A stretch of 64,000 nt of DNA from Blastocystis sp. Blastoise (lineage: Eukaryota; Protista; Bigyra: Opalinata): the NCBI GenBank assembly GCA_039096225.1, contig JBBPEB010000009.1, forward strand, positions 124,001-188,000, in the 5' to 3' direction. The notes under the pieces were generated by a model. It ran no database searches and was not told the DNA's origin. It saw only the letters and a program-made list of their open reading frames with translations. The translations under genes were made by a program, and so were the position numbers. Numbering within the stretch: position 1 is the first letter of the stretch; every line of letters begins with the position of its first letter. Positions 35,245 through 63,146 of this stretch are shown here, one piece after another.

Positions 35245-37053
35245 ATGGGTTTAGTAGGTATTGTTGGGGCCGTTCTTATTGTATTTGTCATTTTAATGAT
35301 AATCTATTTTAAATGGTTCACAATTATTGTAGAACCAAGCACAGCTGTGATTATTGAGCGATTCGGAAGCTTTTTGAGAAAAGTATAATTATTTGTTTTA
35401 TTCTTTTTATATATTATATTTATTCATTACATTATGTATATTTGTATATAGTGTGAAGGTGAATGGGTCTTTTTGATTCCATTTGTTGATCGTCCAAGAT
35501 ATATTGTTTGGAGATATGTTGAAGTATATAAAATTGATGAATATATTCTAGATTTTTTTTCAACTACAGTCTTATATTATATAAATCACACTAATTTTGT
35601 AATAATTGAAAGTAATAGAACACATAGTGGAACTGTATCTAAATATGTTGAACATAAGACTTTTTCTATTGATTTACGTCAAGTGCTATTTGATTTACCT
35701 ATTCAACCTATTATTACTAGAGATAATGTCGAAATCTTTGTTCATCCTATGATGCGTTATGAAATCTGTGACCCCGTTCGTGTTGCTTATGAAGTATGTT
35801 TTTTGATGTTTTTTTTAAATTTATGTTTTTATTATTATTTTTTTTTATTTTAATTATCTTTATTATCTTTTTTATATTTATTATCTTTTTTATATTTATT
35901 ATCTTTTTGATATTTATTATTATTATTATTGTTTTTATTATATATATTATATTTATTATCTTTATTATCTATATAATTTTTATATATATGTATCTACATT
36001 CTATTCTATAAACTGTAGATTTAATGTTATGTGTAGAGCGTTTAGTACAAACTACCTTACGTAGTGTTATTGGTGATATGGGTCTAGATGATACCTTAGC
36101 TTCTAGAGCTGAAATTGAAAAGTTAATTACAACAAAGATTTCTAAAGTATGCCAAGATTGGGGTCTTTCTATTAAGGGCGTCGATTTACTTGAAATTGAT
36201 CCTACTCCTTCTATTCTTGTATATATATATTATTATTTTTAATATTTTTATGTTTATTATTATTATTCTAATTATTATTATTATTATTATTATATGCTAT
36301 TTATTATCTTTTATTAACTATATATGAAGCTATGTATGAACAAATTAGAGCTGAAAGATATAGAAGAACTCAAAAGGTTACTGCTGAAGGTTATGCTGAA
36401 AAAGTTAGATTACAAGGTATATATATATAGAATATACTTTATAATAATATATTTTAAATTCTTATAATAAAAAAAAGATATATATCTATATATATATAGC
36501 TGAGGGTAGTTGCCAAGTAATGAAAGCTACTTCTTATGGTGATGCTGAGTCTATAAAATTAGTTAGTAAGGGTACTGCTGATGCTCGTTTAATTGTAGCT
36601 CAACAACGAGCTGAAGCCATACGTCTTGTTGCCAATGCTCTTAAAGTATATTTATATATATAATATAATATAAATATATTTAATATTCATAATCTACATA
36701 CTATTGTATTTAATATATTAATATATTTATAGGGTATTTCTGTTGATCCTACTCAATATTTAATTGGTATCCAATATATCACTGCTTTAAGAACACTGGC
36801 CACAGCCAACTCAGCTCACTGCTATCTTTATGTTCCTCTTGAAGTATTTATTGATTGTTTTTATTATTTATTTATTTATTTATTTTTTTATTTATTATTT
36901 ATTTATTTATTATTTATTTATTATTTACTATTTATATATTATATATTATTTATTTAATTATTTATTTAATTATTATTATTATTATTACTATTATATTCCT
37001 TATATTCTTCACCTTTATAGACGGATATATCTGGCGCTGCTGGAAGATTCTAA
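35245..37053 (+). CDS. SPFH/band-7 (stomatin-like) membrane protein
   Basis: N-terminal TM, VIIERFG, IPFVDRPR, IDLRQ..DLPIQPIITRDNV, LVQTTLRSVIGDMGLDDTLASR, AMYEQIRAER. Needs at least one non-AG acceptor. Confidence 0.9.
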
Positions 37054-37623
37054 TCCTTCTCCTCTTTTATTATACAAAAAAAAATATTATATTTTTATAT
37101 ATTTTTATTACAAGCAATCGTTCTTCATTTATCTTAGTCATTCATTTGCATTCAATAACATCAAATATTATTTGTTTGTTTTCATATATGAAATCTCTTT
37201 TTAATGAATCACATTTCTTCTTTATCTTTTTATTTCTTGATTCTCTACTATTTACTATCCTATTCTATCAATAAAAATCAATATTATAAACTTTATAAGT
37301 GACTTTTTGCAATGTAAAAATTGTTCCTTTATTAATTGTGTTCCTACACTGACACTTTTTACTGAAGAATTGCTTTCAAATTGCTTTTATTTTTTTCTAG
37401 GAAAAATATAATCATGTTTCCAGAAATAGAATCACGGGGATTTTTTCTAAAAGCAGTCAAATAACATAAATTCCAACAAGAATAGAAAAAGGAAGAAATT
37501 AACTTAATGAGCAAAGATTAAGAAAAAGAAAAATAAAATATAATCCTATTTGCAAATTCATTAATTATTAATACCTAGATATTATTCCATTATTGTAAAG
37601 AGAACTCTATTTTCTAATAGACT

Positions 37624-46616
<8,993 letters not shown>

Positions 46617-46711
46617 ATCATTCAATTATTTTATTTTTATTTTTATCAATATATATCTATTATTTGTTGATTATTTATATTACATTTTCTCTTATTTTTT
46701 TTATCATTTTC

Positions 46712-46744
<33 letters not shown>

Positions 46745-47347
46745 ATTCACAAAAAATGGTTGTAAATTGTTATTTTATTTTTTAGCGATCTTTCTTATCA
46801 ATTGTATTCTTATTATTTCATTCTCTGTAGTTATAGAATACTTATTAAATACTTTTAATTTCTAAGCATTTTATTATTTTTATTGATGTATTTTTATTTA
46901 TAAAGAGAATTACTGCTGTTTTATTTATTATATCTCTTTTTATTTATTTTTTTCTATAAAATAGACATTTCTTCACATTTCAATACTGTCTATTTTATTT
47001 TTTTGAATTTTCAAAACAATATTTTTTTTGTTTTCTTTGTTATTTAAAAAACTATGTAATGTATATTTTTAAACGTAAAGTATTAATGAAAAAAAATGGA
47101 TTTTAGAAATATATAATAGTAAACAAAAAACAAATCATAACGACAATGGGATTTGTCTGTTGACCAAGATAATATACATATATAAATGACAACTGAGAAA
47201 TAGATAAAGATAATAATATATAACTTTGTGATTACGAGATCATGCTATGATTCGTATGAATAATAATTATACATGAAGGATATTTCAATATAAAAAGAAG
47301 TAAATTAAAAAAAATAATGCTTCGTTCAGACGGACGTTTCAATACAT

Positions 47348-49676
<2,329 letters not shown>

Positions 49677-50782
49677 TCTTATAAATCTATTAATTCTTAA
49701 TAATTATCTTTAAATAAAATTAAATATTTTTTGTATAAAAAGAAGAAATGATAATAACGAAAAAGAAATAAATTCGATTCTTGTTTGGATACAAAGGAAT
49801 GTGAAGATCAATTTATCTGATTGGATAATTCGAGAGTTGTCATCTTAAAAAAGAATTGGACACAAATACTTTTTGAAAATGTCTCTTGTAGCATACATTT
49901 TAGAATGAATGACTTCTTTTCATTGGAATAAAAGAATTGTTTCTGGAACATGATGATGAACTGGAATACCTCAATTAGAAAAACTTTTTTGTTATCTCAA
50001 GGAATTCACAACAACCATTTCTCATTATTTAAAAGAGATGTTTTCATGATATAAACACTTTCTACTTACTATATAGGATTCGTGTATCATTCTAGTTTGC
50101 TTATTTTCCTCAGAAAGAAAAGAAAAGTTCCATGAACATTTGCATTAATTCTTATTATCTTTTGTATTGCTTAATGCTTGATTGTACTCTATTTTTTTAA
50201 ATATAAAAAAAATATAAATAACTCTGATTCTCGATTATTTTTTTTAATTAAATATTTTTAATACTTTTTTACGAAGTATACATTTTCAAATACTTTGAAC
50301 AGTATATTTAAAGTGATGTGTCTTAATTATACTTATGCAAATAAATATCCAGAACATCATCATGCAAATTCGTTTTCACTACTGATGTTTTTCGTTGTTT
50401 ATTTCTCATTCATTCTATATAGAATGTTGTTTGAAACTTTCTAATAAATAAATCTATTGAAAAAAATGATTTACAAAAACAATTATCTGACACAAAACAA
50501 CTTTCCAAATATAATTTTTATTCCATGGATCAATATGTTTCTCATTAGTATGTTTGTGGCTAAAAATAAATTCAATATTAAAAAAGAGTTTTAAAAATCA
50601 GTAAAAAGAAGAAAAAAGAAAAAAAATTTTAATTTTTTAAACATTTGTATTTTTTGACACATCAATTTGTATGTATATCCATATATTATTTAAAAATAAG
50701 CATTGTTTTTATCTTTATATAATAAGTCATATCTACTTGAATTCTTATTTGAGTTATTTCATAGTTTGTATTTGTGTCAACA

Positions 50783-51587
50783 ATGAAATTCTTTCCTTTG
50801 TCAGCAAAGATCCTTTTCCCATTTCTAGCCATACTCATGGGAGTAATGTTGGGATACTCGTATTTAATTTATTTTAGTTTATAATCATTGTTTCTACAGA
50901 TTATCGTTCATACAACTTGCAAAACCATACATAGATTCCTACAGATACCGTATATATACATAATTCTTATTTATACTTAGTTTTTAATATATTATTACAT
51001 AAATTTAACTAAATGTATAAAATATAGTGAATCAAAGAGCTAGATTCGAGAAGCCATTTATCAATCAACATAATGGTACAGTTTTAATACGTAAAATGCA
51101 TGAAGACTCAACTGAGAATTCAGAATTACAAGCCTCGATTGTTTTTAATGATGTTCAAAATAATAGTTGTATATATATATGAAGTTTGTTTTTATCTCAA
51201 CTCTATATAGCTTCACGTATCTATGTTCAGAGTATTGATTCATCGAAACAGTATTCTACGAAATTACGAAATAAGCAACAAATAAGTGATGATAAGAATG
51301 TATTTTCTGTTAAGAAAAGTATATAAATATAATTTATTTTTCTTTTTTTCTAAATCTATATTTATTAAATACTATTAATTGTAGTTTCTCATCCTATAAA
51401 TGCTATTATTAATTAGACTATCGATAATAGAATTAATACTTTTATTCTATAGACATTCATGTTTCAGAGAATCGAATTATATCTAGTATAACACCACGAG
51501 TTGTTTCAGTAACTCCACAAACCTCTATAAACAAACGATCTACTAAGGAAGAAAAAATGATTTCATCGAATAATAATAATATCTCAG

Positions 51588-51671
<84 letters not shown>

Positions 51672-53613
51672 TCTCAAATAATAGTAATATCTCAGATAAT
51701 AATAATATCTCAAATAATGATAATTATACATCTTCAATAATAAATCAAACTATATTTTCATCTATATATCAACTTTCATTTATGATTCCCATGGTAAATG
51801 TCAAAACTACAATACCTATGTCTTCTAGTGTATTAAATAAAGTCAATTTATTTACACTGTCAGATTCAATAGAATCAGAAAGAATTCGAAAACACGTGCT
51901 GCAAAGGAAATATTTACCAGTAGATAGTGATTTGAATATAAATGATTCCCTTCGAAATGTAATTAATAGAGAGTAAATATATATATTCAAGTTGTTTTTA
52001 TTATTCAGTATTTGATAATTATATTGATTCTCATTTATAATAATTAGAATTATTGTATATATTCATATATATAGTATTATATATTATTATTCTATATATC
52101 TTATAATATTTATGAAAAAGTAATCTTAATTATATAATATATATATATAGATTATTCACACCTTATGTTGTGGAGTTAACTACAAAATTAGATTTGTTCT
52201 TAGAGACCAAGGACCATATTACTTCAAAAGATCATATATATAAGCAAAAGAATGGGAATAGAATGATTGATTTTGGTTATGAACAATTTTATTTAAATCC
52301 CTCTTCATCCCCCTCTGTTTATCCAATGAAACGATGGCGTCCTGCACTTGTACTGGTCACTTGCTCTAGATATAAAATGGCTGAAATGATTATAAATAGA
52401 ATTTTAAGTCAACAATTATCATCTCAATATGATATATATGTTTCTTTAGGATGTCTAACAGAAAATATAACAGTATATATATTATTATTATGTTTATTAT
52501 TATTATGATTAAGGTTTTTATTTTTTAAATATTAATTAATTAATATATGATTCCAAAACTATGATAATATCTTTATATATAGAGTTTTTCTCCTTTTAAA
52601 TCTGAGTTTACTTCATCAATAAAAGGAATATTAAGGTATCCTTATTATTCGGATTCTATTAGTGTTGCTAATAATATTGGAAAACATTATAAGTTTATTA
52701 TGGATAGTATTTTTATAGAGAAAAAATATACACATTTAATTCTATTGGAAGATGATTTATTTCCTTCTGAAGATTTCTTAAAATATTTTCAGGACACAGT
52801 GAGTTTATTAGATTTAGATCCATCTCTTTATTGCATATCTGCTTGGAATGACAATGCGTATATTATTCTACTCTTCTTAATATATTCTTATCTTATTCTA
52901 TATGTATATTGATTTATTGATTGATTGATTTATTTATTGATTGATTTATTTATTTATTGATATATATATCATAGAATGGCTTCTTATTATCCTCATTCTT
53001 CCTTCTTCACTCGATTAGCAAGAACGGATTATTTCCCAGGATTAGGATGGATGATCAAACGAGAATTCTATTTTGAAATTGCTTCTGCATGGCCTGAAAA
53101 TACTTTTTCTGGTATGTATAAGTATTCTATTTTATTTATTTTATTTATTCTTTTATTCTATTCTATTTGTATTTATTGTATTGTATTTATATATTTTTGC
53201 ATGTATATTCTTTATTATTATTATTATTTATATATATTCTTTATTATTATTATTATTTATATATATTCTTTTTATTATTATTTTTTTTGAATATATTCTT
53301 TTTATTATTATTATTATTATATGCATTCTAATTATTATTATTATTTTTTATATCATTCTATGTATTCTTCTTCTTAATATTCTTTATCTTCTTTTCTAGG
53401 TTGGGATAATTGGTTTCGTATATATCCGTCCATGCGTTCTCGTAGTTGTATATATCCATTTCTACCTCGTGTGACCCATCTGAAGGTAGGAAAAGCTAGT
53501 AATACTGGTCACCAATTAGATCATCTCTATAGATTCTATAGAAGAAGCTATTTAGATCAAGTATTTATCATTTATTTATATTTTATTTAATACTATTAAT
53601 GTTAATATAAGCA

Positions 53614-53661
<48 letters not shown>

Positions 53662-53867
53662 TACACATTTTGGTGATTTGAGTTATTTATTAGAATGGAA
53701 TTATAAAAAGTCTGTGAATGAGCATATACAGACTGCCATAGTAGATACCATAAGATCTTTACCGAATTCTTTGGCTTCTAATACTCATTCTATTCATAAA
53801 CTAGTATTACATACTAATATATATATAAACATATATTGTATTATTATATCATCTTCTTCGTATTAAC

Positions 53868-53904
<37 letters not shown>

Positions 53905-54735
53905 TATATATATATTATAGATATATCGTTTAATGTCTCATTTCTACCCTCTGTTTCCCTCTCAGTATCGTGGGGTTGAACACGGTGTGCTTATTGCTTA
54001 TTTATTTACTGTCCCTGTATATCTTATTAATAACATGGAATATGCTATTCATGAACCTCCTGTATATTATATTATTATATCTATTATTATTATTATATTT
54101 ATAATTATTATATCTATTATTATTATTATATCTATTAGTATTATATTTATAATTATTATTATATCTATTATTATTATTAAATTTATTATTATTAAATTTA
54201 TTATTATTATACTATTAACGTTCAATTTTTTATTACAAAACGCTGATAATTCCTTTAATTATAATCATTTTGCTTCCTTATTAGTATTATTATTAAATAG
54301 TTTAATTATGAATTGTCAGATACTTCTAATATTCTATTGGCCAAACGTGGGCAGAGTTGTATAGAAGCATGTGCTAATTATAAAGACCCTCAACTCTCCT
54401 CCAATCAAACTCAAACTTATATATGTCGTGATAATGCATTATTCTTATTAAATGATTGTAAAGTTATGCAGAAATATACTAGTTGTCGTCACAAATGTCA
54501 TTATGATGTATATATATATATATTGAAGAAGCATAGAGATCTCAGATTATATATATATATATAGGTTAGTAAATATTTTCCTGCGTTAGTATCGAGTTCT
54601 ACGGATTCTATTGGCACGTGTTATGTACATCGAGAGATGTTTGTCCCCACGTGCATTAGTAAAGATCCCCGATTCCAGCGATTATGTATGTGTATTCCCA
54701 AACCAAAAACTCAAAGTCATTTAGCTTTTGAATAG
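50783..54735 (+). CDS. GT13 / GnT-I (MGAT1/POMGnT1-like) GlcNAc transferase with a polyN stem and a C-terminal Cys-rich domain
   Basis: Type II TM at the N-terminus; IGKHYKF, LEDDL..SEDFLKYF, DPSLYCISAWNDN, RTDYFPGLGWM and GWDNWFR...RSCIYP. Confidence 0.85.
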
Positions 54736-55551
54736 TTCTATATATATCCATCAATATATAATATATTATAATAATAATTATATATATATATTACTATTTC
54801 TATTACTTTAGACTAAAAATTTATATTAATTTTATATATAACTATTTTTATACATATTTAAATAAAACTATCAATATATTGCTTTTTTTCGTCTCAATAG
54901 CAATTCATTTTTTTAAATAATTTTCTCTATCTAGTTGTCTAATATATACAATTAATGATATATTAATAATAGTATAATAATGCTGGTTTATATATATACT
55001 ATTTCTTCTAATACATTATATCATGCCTAAATGTATATTTACAGTGTTTTATTATAATAGCTCCTTTTTTTATATAATTATATATATATTCTAAAATTCG
55101 TATTGGTATTTCTCTTTTTTTTAATAATCCTTCTTCTTCTTATACTATAATTATAGTATATTGACGTGTTACTTTATAACATAACTATATACATATTTAT
55201 TATTTAACCTTTTGCTTTTAAGTTTATATAAATAGTACTATGCTTATATTTGTTATCTACAGTTATTTTTCTCTCTTCTTATATTCTAATTGATAACTTT
55301 CTCCTTGTGTTTCCAGTTTATATCCTTTAAGTTATTAAATACCAAAATTTTAAATAGTTAGTTTATGATACTCTTATTTTGTTTTATTTTACACTTATTA
55401 ACATACTAATAAAAACGAAAACAAAAGAATTTTAAATCCCCTTAAATACTTTGACAATATTATAATTATTATTATATATATATTATAAAAAAAAAACAAC
55501 TATTTATTTTTTAATTTATTTTTCCTTTCTATTTTTAAGTACTCCCTCATT

Positions 55552-56372
55552 TTACTTGCAAGACTTTGAAGAAGCACCCTCATCTGTAGAAAAACTCTCA
55601 CCACAACCACAAGTAGCAGTTGCCTAGTTAATATATAATAATAAATATAATGATAATAAATATATGATAATAAATAATGATAATAAATAAATAATAATAA
55701 ATAAATAATAATAAATAAATAATAATAAATAAATAATAATAAATAAATAATAATAAATAAATAATAATAAATAAATGAAAATAAATATGATGATAATAAA
55801 TAAATAATTATTATTATTATGATAATAAATATATGATAATAATTATAATGATAATAAATAAATAATAATAAATATATGATAATAAATAAATGAAAATAAA
55901 TATAATGATTAAAAAAAGCTAAAATATATAAAAATAATAGTTATTAACAAAATAATATATATTAAAACAATACTAAAGGATTATCAAACACAAATTCTGT
56001 GGCAAAATCATTTTCTTGAAAGTCTATTTTTGTTCCTATTACATACATAATAGAATCTGCATCGATAACAACACGAATTCCATCTTGTTCAACTACCTCA
56101 TCAAGTGGGCCTTCTTCTCCTTGTTTGACATAATTTAATGAATATTGATGTCCATTACAACCTTTTGTTACAGTAGATAAGTAGATCCCAGTACCTTGTG
56201 GCTTCTTATTTAACAAATATTTACAACGATCTACAGCAGCTGGTGTAAGAACAATAGCAGCTTCTCTTGGTTTTGGTAATCCTTTTCCTTTTGTTGAATT
56301 AACGACTTTTGCAAAAGAACGGAGTTGTGTGAATGACTTCGTTATAGTCCCAAATTTATTTATCGCAAACAT
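55552..56372 (-). CDS. ISCA1: Mitochondrial-type A-type Fe-S carrier IscA/Isa1, 2 exons
   Basis: LTPAAV, KGCNGHQY, GTKIDF, FVFDNP-ATCGCGESF, and a basic N-terminal presequence (LRSFAK). Confidence 0.92.
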
Positions 56373-57482
56373 TCCAATAGATTTATGAAAAATATTTATA
56401 TAAAACTGTTCGTTTCCTTAACTTCTTTTTTTCAAAGAAAAGAAGAACAAAGTTTGCCTACAAAACATTTTTCGGTATTCATGGGAATTGTCAATAAAAC
56501 TAGTGTAATTTATTCTTTTCACAATCTTCGTTTTTGTTTCTCTTTTCGATTTATTTCTCTAATTCATTTTCTATTATTTTCTTACTTGAAATACAAGAAT
56601 CCTATCATTTTCTAACTCTTCGAGATGATTCACCTGTGATATAACTAAAAAAATATCTGATTACTTGTTTTTATACATTTTTTTCATTTGATCTTTTCTT
56701 GTTCTTTCTTCTGAACATATAGAGAGACTCCTAGGACATAAATGGGCAACATCCGACTATTCATATATCTCTTTTTCAAGAATTTAGAGAAATTACGTCA
56801 TCGACTCTTTGTTTTCTTGTTTTTTCTTGTTTTTAGTTTAAAATAGTATATGTGGACGATGAAATATAGGTCTTTCGATGATATTTCCTTTTTTATCCAT
56901 TACATTTTTTGGGGTGTTTCTCTTATATATTCCATGCTCTAGTGTACTTTAGTTAACCCACACACTCCCTATATAATCTTGCGTAAGTCCTTTTTGTAAA
57001 TGAAAAAGATGAAAAGATTTTGACGACCTGTTATTCTCCAATGAATATTCTCCTATGATTCATTTATCCAATGAAAACACTTTAAATTATGAATTCAAAA
57101 GCTTGTTTTTTAGTTGTGATTACTGTTGCTTTTATTTGACTTCACAGAGGATTTCAATAATTTATTTTGAATCTTCATATTCTTTTATAGTTAATTACAA
57201 TTAATCTTATATAAATTATCAATAAACAACAAAAGAAAAACACATTTAAAAAAACATTTCGAGAAAGAAAAACCGTAAGAAAACGTGATGATTTCCTATA
57301 AAGAATCCTAAAATCACGGAATCTCGAGATTATTGCCTTTTTTCAAATAAGAAAATCAGTGGTTGAGGATTATTCCTATGAAATAGGGCTTAATGATCAG
57401 GAAAGTCAAGTCTTCATGAAAAAATAAAATAACGATTCTATTGATTATTTATATAAGCAAATACAATACACATATCTAAGAG

Positions 57483-58623
57483 ATGATTTGGTTTATTATC
57501 TGGTTTTGTTTAAATGTTCTTGTTACTATTCTTAACAAGGCATTCTTTTCTCGTTTCAAGTGTCCTTATCCCATTTGCGTCACCTTAGTTCATATGATTT
57601 GCTCTTTTACTTGCTCTTTCTTGCTTTTAAGTCTTAAGACTTGCTATAGAAGAAAATCTGTTTCCTCTAGAAGATATAAGAGTATTGCTATGATGAGTGT
57701 TGTATTTGCTTCTAATATCTTACTTGGTAATTCATCCTTAAATTTCTGCAGCTTAGCATTTGTTCAAGTATTTATCTTTTTTATTCTCTTTTTTATATAA
57801 ATTTTATTATTTTTAATCGATACCTTGGATTCTTAAAGAGTGGATATCGTTTATTTTTCATTTTTTATAAATGATTCGTTGCACAATTCCTGCTATTACT
57901 GTTATTTTCTCTTATTTGGTTTTAGGACAAAAGACTTCTTTCAGAGTTCTTTGTTCTCTTGTTCCTGTTGTTGTTGGTGCTTGTATTGTTTATATTGGTG
58001 AAATCTGGGTAACTCCTTTTGGTGTATTCATTACAGTTGCTGGATGCTGCTTATCTTCTCTTAAAACTGTATTAACCAAAATGTTCTTATCTTCTGGAGA
58101 AAAATTAGATCCTGTTCAATTATTAGAATTTGTATATATTATATTCTTTTTTTATTAATATTTTTTCTTTTAAATTCTTATTTATAATTTTGTTTTGTAT
58201 ATATATATAGAATAGTATGCTTGCTTGTTTTGAAATTCTTCCTATTAGTGTTACCTTAGAAAGAAAATTCTTCACTGAATGGATTTTCAAGTATATATTT
58301 TATGGTTATTATGTTTATTATATTATATTTTTTTTTATTATTATATTATTATTATTATTATTATTATATATATTTATTATTATTATATTATATTTATTAT
58401 TATATATATTTATTATTATTATTTATAATATTACAATTAACTTTACTTATATATATAGTACTCCTACTCTTTATATACTTCTTCTTTTGCTTCATGGATT
58501 CTGTGCTTTCTTATTAAATATCTCTAACTTTGAAGCTACTAAAGTCACTAATCCTATTTATATTACTGTTGGTGGTAATGTCAAACAAGTATATATATAT
58601 TATTATTATTATTATAATTATTA

Positions 58624-58687
<64 letters not shown>

Positions 58688-58860
58688 TATTTATTTAGGT
58701 TGTTATGATTTTCTTATCTGTATACTTATTTGATAGTAAGATGACTACTGTTGGTATTATTGGTTCTTCTATTACTATTTTTGGTGCTACTTGGTATTCT
58801 CTTGAAATGATGAAACAAAAGAATCCTAAACCTGTTGCTAACAGTGAAACCAAAATCTAA
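57483..58860 (+). CDS. Triose-phosphate/nucleotide-sugar transporter family (SLC35E-like), 5 exons
   Basis: WFCLNVLVTILNK, FKCPYPICVTLVHM, NILLGNSSL, VPVVVGA, SSLKTVLTK and TVGGNVKQV; intron 1 has no usable AG acceptor. Confidence 0.88.
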
Positions 58861-59229
58861 ATCTTATTTCATAAATAACTAAATTATTATATACACCAAT
58901 ATTTTCTATAAATACTCCTAATTATTTTTTTTTTATTATTTGTTTGTATTGAAATCTATTCCTTTTTTTTCCTGTTGTATTCTTGGAATTGATATATCTA
59001 TATTATTTATTATTTCTTGTTCAAATTTCTGGAGTATTTATATTATATTTGTATATATTATTGAACGTATTACTTATATCATTTGATAAAAAGTCGTCAT
59101 ATTCTGTTTTGTTCCCATTTGACTCATTCTATTAAAAAATATAAAAAAAATTTTTTTTTTTTTTTTTTTTTGAACAAAACAAATAACAAAATTTCCATGA
59201 GAATAAACACATTTACATTTTTGAAATCT

Positions 59230-62196
<2,967 letters not shown>

Positions 62197-62518
62197 ATAC
62201 TATTCTATAAATATATATATTTGTTTTCTTTTTTCCTATTTTCTCTTTTTTTGGAGTTATTCTCTATTATATATGTTATTTCTCAATTCTTATGTTATTT
62301 CTATTGTAGTTATAGTTATAATTATAATTCTGCTTTAAAAATACTTTATAATAATACTTATATATTCTCATTCATATTATTTAAAAGTTTTATTTTTTAA
62401 ACACAACAAAAAAAAAAGAAGAATATAAGCATACAAATAAAATGTATTTAAGTGTATATATACATCAAGCAATAAATAAAAAAATACAACAATAAATAAT
62501 ATATATAAAATACAACTA

Positions 62519-63113
62519 TTAATAATCATAAGCTGGCTCATCATCTGGTGCAAGAATTTTTTCAATTTTATGAACTGTCTCCATATCACCTCGTTTGAAT
62601 GCAGCTTGTTTTTCCAACTAGATTCATTGATTTATATAGTAATAATAGATAAATCTTATTGTTTATAAAATAGACATGTAGGATTATAAAGAGGATACAT
62701 AATATAATAATTATTATTATAATAATATAATAAATATTAATATGATATTAGAATAATATATATAATGTTAATAAATAGAAATATAATAAAAGTGGTAAAT
62801 ATTATAATAAATATCACAATATAGTAATATAATAGTATCAGAATAACTTACAATAAGTTCTTGTTGCTTCTCCATAGCTTCCTTCTTCTCATTATCCAGT
62901 CCCTTAAGAGCCATCCAATCCTTCATAATCTGCTTCTCCTTCTCCTTCAACTCTATCTCCTCAGCTGTAGGACCAGTAGAAACACTATATATAGTGTTAT
63001 ATTCATAATAACAACTTTTAATGATAATTTAATAATTATAATAATACTATGAATATTTAAATATATATATATATACTCTGATCCTTTTCGAGAACTTCTT
63101 CTTTCTATATATA

Positions 63114-63146
<33 letters not shown>

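Noticed and set aside
58858-58950. Stop codons created by polyadenylation (TGTTTGTT motif), as in mammalian Blastocystis subtypes
   Set aside because: Every complete gene modelled here has a genomic stop codon, and no correctly placed motif was seen
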